Shown here one piece after another: positions 1 to 7,162 of a stretch of 64,000 nucleotides of DNA. Numbering within the stretch: position 1 is the first letter of the stretch; each line of letters starts with the position of its first letter. The notes under the pieces were generated by a model. The model had not been told where the DNA came from and did no database searches. It saw only the letters and a list, made by a program, of their open reading frames with translations. The DNA comes from Candidatus Kutchimonas denitrificans (GTDB taxonomy: Bacteria; Gemmatimonadota; Gemmatimonadetes; Palauibacterales; KS3-K002): positions 25,042 to 89,041 of the forward strand of contig JAACAK010000083.1 in NCBI GenBank assembly GCA_011774835.1, read 5' to 3'. Position numbers and translations under genes: made by a program.

Positions 1-912
1 AACGGCGAGACCCGAGGTCCAGCCACGAATGGCGCGGATGATCTCGAAGCCTTTCTCGACGCCGGTGCGGAAGTGCTCGGCGCCGGCGACGGGATCGGCC
101 ATGTAGAGGTAGTAGGGGCGAATCCGGTTCTTGAGGAGCTTCTGCATCAATTCCTTCATGATTTCCGGATCGTCGTTGACGCCCTTGAGGAGCACGGTTT
201 GGGAACCGAGGGGGCAGCCGGCGTTGGCGAGCTTCGCGATCGCCTTTTCGGTGGGTGGTGTAAGCTCTGCCGGATGATTGAAGTGGATGTTGACGAATAC
301 GGGATGATACCTCGAGATCAACTTGCAGAGATCAGCGGTGACGCGCTCGGGCAAGTGGAGCGGGACCCGCGTGTGTATGCGGATGATCTCGATGTGTGGG
401 ATTTCCCGCAGACGCTTGAGGAAGTATTCGAGCCGGCGATCGGAGAGCATGAACGGGTCGCCGCCCGATAGGATGACGTCGCGCACCTCGGTATGCTGTT
501 CGAGATACTCGAAGGCGGATTCGAACTGATTCAGCGGGATCTTCTCGGGGTCGCCCACCTTGCGTCGCCGAGTGCAGAAGCGGCAATAGCTGGCGCAGAC
601 GGGGCTGACCAGGAAGAGGACCCGATCGGGGTAGCGATGGGTGATGTTCGGCACGGGCGAGTCATTGTCCTCGCTCAATGAGTCGACGACTCCGTCGAGG
701 ACCTCGTTCTCCTCACCCGAGGGCACGTACTGCTGCCAGAACGCGTCGCCCATCGACTCGATCTGCTTCAACACGGCCGGGGTGATCCGGAGGTTGAACT
801 GCTCGATCGCGGTCTGCGCGGCCTCGCGGTCGATGTTCTCCTCGCCGAACAATTCGATGAGCTGGTCAACCGTCGTGACACTCTTCTTGAGTATCTGTTG
901 CCAGTTCGCCAT
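1..912 (-). CDS. KamA-family radical SAM aminomutase (lysine 2,3-aminomutase-like); C-terminal part lies outside the window
   Basis: Absent from the ORF track because it runs off the left edge. My manual minus-strand translation from ATG 912 is open for 304 codons: MANWQQILKK...HRYPDRVLFLVSPVCASYCRFCTRRRKVG...VILSGGDPFML...TVLLKGVNDDPEIM...RIRPYYLYMADPVAGAEHFRT. It has the CxxxCxxC radical-SAM motif plus the GGDP, GVND and HFRT blocks typical of KamA/AblA/EpmB enzymes. GAGG lies about 8 nt upstream of the ATG. Confidence 0.85.
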   Translation of the reverse strand, partial: MANWQQILKKSVTTVDQLIELFGEENIDREAAQTAIEQFNLRITPAVLKQIESMGDAFWQQYVPSGEENEVLDGVVDSLSEDNDSPVPNITHRYPDRVLFLVSPVCASYCRFCTRRRKVGDPEKIPLNQFESAFEYLEQHTEVRDVILSGGDPFMLSDRRLEYFLKRLREIPHIEIIRIHTRVPLHLPERVTADLCKLISRYHPVFVNIHFNHPAELTPPTEKAIAKLANAGCPLGSQTVLLKGVNDDPEIMKELMQKLLKNRIRPYYLYMADPVAGAEHFRTGVEKGFEIIRAIRGWTSGLAV

Positions 913-931
913 AACGCTTACCTCGGTCGAA

Positions 932-1534
932 TCATGAGTTAGAGTTGCGGAGGGCCGTTCCCCTCACGTCCTCACCTCGTCCTTCGTCTTCACCTCTCGC
1001 ACTCACTCGCGGCGAAGGAACGCCTACAAAGAGCTTGGTATAAGTGACCCGATCGTCGCGCTCGTCGTAGAAATCGGGCACCCTGGCGACCTCCTTGTAG
1101 CCACAGGCGTCGTAAAAACGCCGGCTGGCGCTGTAGTCGTCGCGTGAGGATGTCTCGATCACGCACATGCGAGCTCCCCGGTTCTGCATGTCCCGCTCGA
1201 CTCGTTCGATCAGTCCGCGCCCCACGCCGCTGCGGTGGAAGTCGGGGTGTACGACGATCCAGTACAGGTCCCAGGTGTCCACGGTGCACGGCGTCGGTCC
1301 GTAAAACGCGAAGCCGGCCATCGCGCCGTCGGCGAATGCGGCCAGCGCCCGGTAGTCGACGCCGGGGGCGGCACAGAAATCGTCGAAGACCTCCAGCGCG
1401 ACCTCGATCTCGTCGGGCCGGAAGGCGCCGGTGGCCATCGCGATGTCGGCGACGCGCCGACGGTGCCGGCGGTCCGGCGGCCGCCACTGGAAATCGGCGG
1501 CCCGTTTACTGGGTGCTGAGGCTGCGGTCCTCAT
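932..1534 (-). CDS. GNAT-family N-acetyltransferase
   Basis: This is the C-terminal 201 aa of track ORF 932..2041. I chose the start at ATG 1534, which overlaps the stop of the upstream gene (ATGA). The block LYWIVVHPDFHRSGVGRGLIERVERDM matches the GNAT acetyl-CoA binding motif. The Arg/Pro-rich N-terminal part of the track ORF is an off-frame shadow of the neighbouring gene. Confidence 0.75.
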   Translation of the reverse strand: MRTAASAPSKRAADFQWRPPDRRHRRRVADIAMATGAFRPDEIEVALEVFDDFCAAPGVDYRALAAFADGAMAGFAFYGPTPCTVDTWDLYWIVVHPDFHRSGVGRGLIERVERDMQNRGARMCVIETSSRDDYSASRRFYDACGYKEVARVPDFYDERDDRVTYTKLFVGVPSPRVSARGEDEGRGEDVRGTALRNSNS

Positions 1535-2655
1535 CGGGCGTCTCCCAGCTTCTCGACCGGTCTCAGGAAGACCCACTCCCGCTCGGCCGTGGCCTTCCCG
1601 TTGGTGGCCAGGGCCGAATCGACGATGCGATGGATCAGATCCGTAAAGGACCAGCCGGCGACGCGTGCCTGCCTGGCGAGGCCGGCGTCCACCGACAGAT
1701 CGGGGTTCGGGTTGATGTCGATGACGTAGGGCGCGCCGTCGGCGGCGATCCGGATGTCGACGCGGGCGTAACCGCGGCCCTCCATCAGAGCCCAGGCTCG
1801 GCCGGCGAGGAGCTGCAGCCGGCGCGCTTCGTTGTCGGATAGCGGCGCCGGGCAGATGGGCTGCGTGCCCAGGTCTTCGGGGCTCCCGGTCATCCACTTG
1901 GCCTCGAACGAAACGATGGGGGGCGAGTCGTCCGGCAGCCGGCTGAAGTCGATCTCGGCCGGTGGCAGCAGGTGGTTGCCGACGATGGCGAGGTTGATCT
2001 CGCGCCCCTCGATGAACTGCTGCACGACCGCCCTCTTCCAATGGGGGCGTATCCGCTCCAGCGCGCCGGCGAGCTCACCCGCCGATTCGACCACCGAGCC
2101 CGGGTGAACGCCGTTGGATGCGTCGTCGGCCGCCGGCTTGACGATGGCGGGAAACTGGTTCCAGTCGGCGGGCGGCGCGTCCTGCGTATATACGAGAGCC
2201 CAGTCCGGGACCGGGATGCCGTGGGATCGCAGCACGGCGGCACAGCGGTCCTTGTCCAGGCAGTAGAGGAGCGTGGCAGCGGAAGCGCCGGTCTTGGGGA
2301 GCTTCAGCAACTCCATCGTGGCGGCGGCCAGGTGCTCGCCTTCGGCGTGCCCGGCTACGGTCTCGCAGAGGTTGAAGGCGAAGTCGAACCGATCCGAGGC
2401 CAGCCGCTTCACCCATTCGTGGATGCGGTGCTCCTGCAGGGCCAGCTCGACCGTTTCGTAGCCAAGCTGTCGCAACGCCTCGATGATGCGAACCGTCGAC
2501 TGGGAAGGCGCCGCCATGCCGGTGGCGGCCGCTTCCTTTTCTGCGATCTCATCGACTACGACCACGACACGCTCGACGGTCTTGATTTCACCGTCGGGTT
2601 GTGCCGTGGGTTGGCTCGCAGGCTGGCTCGCCTTAGTCGAAGACTCTGAGGTCAT
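1531..2655 (-). CDS. ATP-grasp ligase, D-alanine--D-alanine ligase-like paralog
   Basis: Track ORF 1531..2655. ATP-grasp blocks are FPAIVKPAADDASNGV, VVQQFIEGREINLAIVG and GYARVDIRIAADGAPYVIDINPNPDLS. It lacks the canonical Ddl N-terminus seen in the true ddl at 51856. Confidence 0.8.
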   Translation of the reverse strand: MTSESSTKASQPASQPTAQPDGEIKTVERVVVVVDEIAEKEAAATGMAAPSQSTVRIIEALRQLGYETVELALQEHRIHEWVKRLASDRFDFAFNLCETVAGHAEGEHLAAATMELLKLPKTGASAATLLYCLDKDRCAAVLRSHGIPVPDWALVYTQDAPPADWNQFPAIVKPAADDASNGVHPGSVVESAGELAGALERIRPHWKRAVVQQFIEGREINLAIVGNHLLPPAEIDFSRLPDDSPPIVSFEAKWMTGSPEDLGTQPICPAPLSDNEARRLQLLAGRAWALMEGRGYARVDIRIAADGAPYVIDINPNPDLSVDAGLARQARVAGWSFTDLIHRIVDSALATNGKATAEREWVFLRPVEKLGDAR

Positions 2656-3670
2656 AGCGCGCAGCGGCCGCCGCGAGGACCTTCAGGATCACGTCATCGA
2701 ACGAGAATCCTGCGGCTCGAGCGGCTTTCGGGTAGCACGAGTTCGCGGCCGGGTCCGGAATCACGCCGGGTATCGGGTTCACCTCGATGATGTGCGGGGT
2801 GCCGGTCCGATCACAGCGTACGTCGATTCGGCCCCAGTCGCGGCAGCGGAGACTGCGAAACGCTGCCATGGCGATCTCTTCGATCCGGCGCTGCAGTTCG
2901 GGCTCGCACCGGGCCGGACATTGGAAGATGTCCAGCGGCTTCTGCGGTCGGTCCCAGACCCACTTGGCTTCGAAACCGTAAAGCGGCTGGGCTCCGCCGG
3001 GGAGCGTGGAGTAGTCCAGCTCCACGATCGGTAGGGTTCGCCCGTCACCGTCGTTCCCCAGGACCGCCACGGTGAATTCGCGGCCGTCCAGGAACTCTTC
3101 GATGATGGCGGGTTCACGGTACCGCTCGACCACCCGGGCGACCTCATCTCTCGCTTCACGCCAGGTGGTGCAGAAGGATCGCTGGGTAATGCCCTTGCTG
3201 GACCCCTCGTGGAGGGGCTTTACGATGACGGGCAGCGGCAGGGTGCGTTGCACGTCGTCGGGGCATTCCACGACCTGGAACTCGGGCGTCGGTATCCCGT
3301 GGTGGGAAAGCGTCTCCTTGGTGCGCGCCTTGTCGAGGCAGATCCCCAGGGTGAGAGGATCGCTGCCGGTGTACGGGATACCCCAAAACTCGCAGAAGGC
3401 GGGGACGAAGGATTCCCTGCTGGCCCCACCGATGCCCTCCGCGAAGTTGAAGACTATGTCGGGCTGTGTGTCGCGCAGTTGGAAGGGGAAGTCCGCGTTG
3501 GCCTCGAGGCGAACGACTTCACCGGCGGCCGACAGCGCGCGCTCGATGGCGGCGATGGTCTCCTCATCGTCCCACTCGGCGTACATGTCGTCGAAGCGAT
3601 GGCCGTCGGCGCGCGTCGCTCGCTTGCCGTTCTTCGCGGCAACCGATCTCTGCGTCTGTTGGGGAGACAA
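2633..3670 (-). CDS. ATP-grasp ligase, D-alanine--D-alanine ligase-like paralog (second copy)
   Basis: Track ORF 2633..3670. ATP-grasp blocks are LPVIVKPLHEGSSKGI, AIIEEFLDGREFTVAVLG and WGRIDVRCDRTGTPHIIEVNPIPG. It overlaps the next gene by 23 nt. The TTG start at 3670 is uncertain; ATG 3586 is an in-frame alternative. Confidence 0.8.
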   Translation of the reverse strand: MSPQQTQRSVAAKNGKRATRADGHRFDDMYAEWDDEETIAAIERALSAAGEVVRLEANADFPFQLRDTQPDIVFNFAEGIGGASRESFVPAFCEFWGIPYTGSDPLTLGICLDKARTKETLSHHGIPTPEFQVVECPDDVQRTLPLPVIVKPLHEGSSKGITQRSFCTTWREARDEVARVVERYREPAIIEEFLDGREFTVAVLGNDGDGRTLPIVELDYSTLPGGAQPLYGFEAKWVWDRPQKPLDIFQCPARCEPELQRRIEEIAMAAFRSLRCRDWGRIDVRCDRTGTPHIIEVNPIPGVIPDPAANSCYPKAARAAGFSFDDVILKVLAAAAARYDLRVFD

Positions 3671-3672
3671 AA

Positions 3673-3695
3673 GGGCGAGCTCGCCCGAAGGCGAG
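3673..3695 (-). promoter_or_regulatory. Three-segment alternative-pairing element at the 5' end of the ATP-grasp/GNAT/KamA operon
   Basis: The plus strand reads GGGCGAG CTCGCCC GAAG GCGAG. On the minus-strand RNA, CUCGCC-UUCG-GGCGAG competes with the perfect palindrome GGGCGAGCUCGCCC. That palindrome is followed by UUUUG, whose last three bases are the putative TTG start. Confidence 0.3.
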
Positions 3696-4117
3696 TTGAC
3701 CTGAAGCGACGCCGACTCGTGGTCCGGCGGTTTCAGGTTAAAGGCGAATCCGATGCGAAGCCTGTTCGCGCGAAAGCCCTGGACCGACGTGGCAGTCGAT
3801 CGTGCTCCAGTGCTTCTGATTGCGCCCCCTCCTGTGGGAGTTCATCGAGCGAAGCCGCGCTTGAGGCACATAAAAAAAATTGATCCCCACCTCCGCACGT
3901 CCCCATCACTTTCAACTCGAACAAATTTAGATGAAAGAATCGGAAAAGGAAAGAGTTTTTGTGAACCGATGTCACCCTTTCTACTCCGGGGGCGTCGTGC
4001 ATCGACCGTCGATTCGTCGATCGTGGCCCGGATAGCTCATCGATTTGATCGCCCCGGTCGGCGAGCGTAGCTTGTTAACCTTCATTAACGAAAGTGAAAT
4101 GCGAAGCGGACGGCGCG

Positions 4118-5251
4118 ATGCCGATGGGTGACCAGCAAAAAGATGTTTACCGAACGACGGTGACCGTCCCGCCATCGACAGCGGCCCGTTCCTACGAGGT
4201 GATCGTCCGCTCCGACCTCCTCGATCAGGCCGGCGAGCCCATCGCCGACCTCTGCCCCGCCCATCGATATGCCGTGATCGCCGACACACAGGTCGCCGAC
4301 CTCTACGGAAAGCGTCTGCTCGAAGCGTTGGCCGCGGCGAAGCTCGAAGCCAGCCTCTTTCGCTTCCCGGCGGGCGAGTGGAACAAGAGCCGGCAGGTAT
4401 GGGGCGAGTTATGCGACACTATCTTGCGAGCCGGCTTCGGGCGTGATTCGGCCGTCATCGCCCTCGGCGGTGGCGTGGCGGGTGATCTGGCGGGGTTCGT
4501 GGCTGCCACCTACATGCGGGGGGTGCCTGTCGTGCAGGTCCCGACCAGCCTGCTCGCCATGCTCGACAGCTCGGTCGGCGGCAAGACGGGCCTCGATACG
4601 CCCATGGGGAAGAACCTCATCGGGGCCTTCCACCAGCCCGCGGTCGTGCTCGTCGATCCAGAGACGCTGAAGACTTTGCCCCTCCCCCAGTTGGCGGCGG
4701 GCCTGTCCGAGGCGATCAAGCATGGCCTCATCCTCGACGCGGACTATTTCGAGGAGATCGCGGGCCGGTTACCGGCGGTGTTCGACCGAGACTCCGAGTA
4801 TCTGCTGCGTCTGATCTTCCGCTCGGTGGAGCTGAAGGCCGGGGTGGTGAGCCGGGACGAGCGGGAGAGGGGATACCGAACGGTGCTGAACTTCGGTCAC
4901 ACGGTGGGACACGCCCTGGAGACCCTGTCGGGCTACGGGTGGCTGCACGGCGAGGCGGTGGCGGCCGGGCTGGTGGCGGAGGCGCGGATCGGCGAGGCGG
5001 CCGGGGTGACCGCCGCCGGGACGGCGCAGCGGGTGCAGGAGGTGCTCGAGGCGGCGCGACTCCCGGTGGAACCGGAGGCCGACGTGACGGCCGACCGCTT
5101 CTTCCGGGCGCTCGAGGTGGACAAGAAGCGAAAGGGTGGGAGTGTGCGGTACACACTCCTGACGCGCATCGGAGAGGTGGCAGGCTCGAGCGGGTCCGGG
5201 TGGTCGAAGGAGGTTCCGGAGGAGCTGGTGCGAAGGGCGCTGTTCGGCTGA
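4118..5251 (+). CDS. aroB: 3-dehydroquinate synthase
   Basis: Track ORF 4094..5251. Signature blocks are GGGVAGDLAGFVAATYMRGVPVVQVPTSLLAMLDSSVGGKTG, NLIGAFHQP, VLNFGHTVGHALE and HGEAVAAG. I prefer ATG 4118 over GTG 4094; the start is uncertain by about 10 codons. Confidence 0.9.
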   Translation: MPMGDQQKDVYRTTVTVPPSTAARSYEVIVRSDLLDQAGEPIADLCPAHRYAVIADTQVADLYGKRLLEALAAAKLEASLFRFPAGEWNKSRQVWGELCDTILRAGFGRDSAVIALGGGVAGDLAGFVAATYMRGVPVVQVPTSLLAMLDSSVGGKTGLDTPMGKNLIGAFHQPAVVLVDPETLKTLPLPQLAAGLSEAIKHGLILDADYFEEIAGRLPAVFDRDSEYLLRLIFRSVELKAGVVSRDERERGYRTVLNFGHTVGHALETLSGYGWLHGEAVAAGLVAEARIGEAAGVTAAGTAQRVQEVLEAARLPVEPEADVTADRFFRALEVDKKRKGGSVRYTLLTRIGEVAGSSGSGWSKEVPEELVRRALFG

Positions 5252-5354
5252 ATGGGTTTGACGGCCGCCCGATACCCTAGCAGATTAGTAGGTTCCGGAA
5301 CTTCCGATATGGAGGGGGCTCATCAGCGATACCGCTCGTTTCACAGGCCTATCG

Positions 5355-6920
5355 GTGCTCGACGTCTTCGACCGCTGCGTGGCCGAGGGAGGCGATACGC
5401 CGTTCGTCCGATACGGCGCGGAGACGCTGTCGTTCGGGCGCACCGTGCAGGAAGCGCGGACTCTGGCGGCGGCGTTGCACAACCTGGGCGTGGGCCCGGG
5501 CGATCGGGTGGCTATCGACCTGCCGAACGGCCCCGAGTTCGTGGTCAGCGCCCTGGCGGCCGCCAACCTGGGTGCGTCCATCGTACCGCTGAACCCGGCC
5601 TACTCATCCCACGAGCTTCAGTTCATGCTGCGCAACTCGGAGTCGTCCGTGGTTGTCGTGGTCGAAGAGTTCGACGGGATCGACAACCTGGAGCTGTTCG
5701 AGCGCATGCACTTCGCCCTGCCTGACCTGCAGTACATGGTCACGGTGGGTGAAGAGGACCTCTGGTACGACGACCGGATCTTCCAGTTCGAGGACCTGAT
5801 CTCGAGCGGGGAAGGGAAGCCGTTGCCGGCGGTCGAGATCGACCCGTCCGAGCACGTGTTCGCCATCCTCTATACGGCGGGAACCACGGGCAAGCCGAAG
5901 GGGGTGATGCTCACTCATTCGAACCTGGTCCGAACCAACGCCGCCACCGCGGAAGCGCTCGACCTGACCCGCGAAGACACGGTCATGATCGCGATGCCGC
6001 TGTTTGCCATCTTCGGGCTGGGCGCCCTCATCGCGGCGATCAACGCGGGCGCCTCGGTCGCCCTGGTCGACCGGTTCGATCCCGATGAGACGCTGCGGGC
6101 GATTGCCGACCAGCGTGTCAGCGCTATCTACGGCACGCCCTCCGTGTTCGCGGGTATGCTGCGAAGCCCGCTCCTCGATCAGGTCGACCTGAGCAGTCTG
6201 CGGGCCGGTATCATCGCGGGAGCACCGGTTATCGACACCCTGATCCGCGAGGCACGCCAGCGGCTGACCCCCGGCCTGGAGATCGCCTATGGCATGACCG
6301 AAACCTCGTCCACCGTGTCGCTGACGCGCCCCGACGACGCGGCCGAGGCCCGCAACTTCACCGCCGGACGGCTGTTGCCCGGTGTCGAGGCTCGGGTGCT
6401 GGCCGACGATGGCTCGGAGCTGCCGGTCGAATCGGTCGGCGAGCTGGCCGTACGGGGCTTTAACGTCATGAAAGGGTACAATCGCCAGCCCGAGGAGACC
6501 CAGCGCTCGTTCACGCCGGATGGCTTCTTCCGCACCGGCGACCTCGGGATGGTGGACGAAGACGGCTACCTTCATATAATTGGACGGAAGAAGGAGACGA
6601 TCATCCGCGGGGAACTCGTCATTTATCCCCGGGAGCTCGAGACGCTCCTTCGGCTACACCCCGCCGTGCAGGACGTTGCCGTCGTCGGCGTCCAGGACGA
6701 TGTGCTGGGCGAGCTGATCTGCGCCTGCATCCTGCCGGTCGAGGGCGCAATCGTTACCGGCGACGAAGTCAAGGAGTTCTGTCAGGGTAAGGTCGCGGCT
6801 TACAAAGTCCCGGACCTCGTTCGGTTCGTGGACGCCTTCCCCATGACGGGAAGTGGGAAGGTCCGACGCGTCGAGCTGGCCCGTATGATGGTGGCCGAGC
6901 GCGCGGCGCGCCGTGGCTAG
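5355..6920 (+). CDS. AMP-dependent synthetase/ligase (acyl-CoA synthetase, FadD-like)
   Basis: AMP-binding motif ILYTAGTTGKPKGVMLTHSNL. It also has YGMTETS, FRTGDLG and a C-terminal GKVRR lysine motif. Confidence 0.85.
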   Translation: MLDVFDRCVAEGGDTPFVRYGAETLSFGRTVQEARTLAAALHNLGVGPGDRVAIDLPNGPEFVVSALAAANLGASIVPLNPAYSSHELQFMLRNSESSVVVVVEEFDGIDNLELFERMHFALPDLQYMVTVGEEDLWYDDRIFQFEDLISSGEGKPLPAVEIDPSEHVFAILYTAGTTGKPKGVMLTHSNLVRTNAATAEALDLTREDTVMIAMPLFAIFGLGALIAAINAGASVALVDRFDPDETLRAIADQRVSAIYGTPSVFAGMLRSPLLDQVDLSSLRAGIIAGAPVIDTLIREARQRLTPGLEIAYGMTETSSTVSLTRPDDAAEARNFTAGRLLPGVEARVLADDGSELPVESVGELAVRGFNVMKGYNRQPEETQRSFTPDGFFRTGDLGMVDEDGYLHIIGRKKETIIRGELVIYPRELETLLRLHPAVQDVAVVGVQDDVLGELICACILPVEGAIVTGDEVKEFCQGKVAAYKVPDLVRFVDAFPMTGSGKVRRVELARMMVAERAARRG

Positions 6921-7140
6921 TTCGTTGTCGGTGGAATAGAGAGCAGTCCCGCAAACTTCGCCCGAGCGGCGTAGGCGGGCTCGCGAGGTACGGCTGCCGG
7001 GATCGTCGGCAGGATCGAAAGACCTGAACGGTCGTCGGCGCCGTTGCCATTCATACGCGAACCCTCCCATCGGGGTCTCACCCCAGCCGCCCCTCGCGCC
7101 ACGGTCACGGGCCTGTCTCTCCTTGGCGTAATTTACTGTC

Positions 7141-7159
7141 TTACAAGGAGTTACAAGGA
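7141..7159 (+). repeat. Tandem direct repeat TTACAAGGA (2 copies, 10-bp period) immediately upstream of the NYN gene start
   Basis: The sequence reads TTACAAGGAgTTACAAGGAaagATG. Each copy carries a Shine-Dalgarno-like AGGA. Confidence 0.5.
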
Positions 7160-7162
7160 AAG

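Noticed and set aside
73-937. Plus-strand track ORFs 73..471, 323..529, 493..681 and 641..937
   Set aside because: They lie antisense to a clearly recognisable KamA-family gene, which has the CxxxCxxC motif and conserved blocks on the minus strand. Their sequences have no recognisable motifs.
3671-3900. Lysine (L-box) riboswitch in the leader of the aminomutase operon
   Set aside because: It is an attractive idea, but the minus-strand leader shows only vague resemblance (GGAGGGGGCGC, CACUGGAG) to the L-box core elements I recall. That is not enough to call it.
5604-6575. Long minus-strand ORF (323 aa) inside the acyl-CoA synthetase gene. The same pattern appears in 7151..8341, 11833..13359, 16799..17797, 20042..21655, 21866..22831, 22981..24300, 24959..26047, 31660..33399, 38851..40005, 40642..42024, 41940..43400, 47377..49176, 50356..51444, 52472..53788, 53984..54964, 54995..56281 and 58977..60368.
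   Set aside because: These are classic high-GC antisense shadow ORFs. They are Arg/Gly/Pro/Asp/His-rich with no motifs, and each fully overlaps a gene on the opposite strand that carries unambiguous family signatures.
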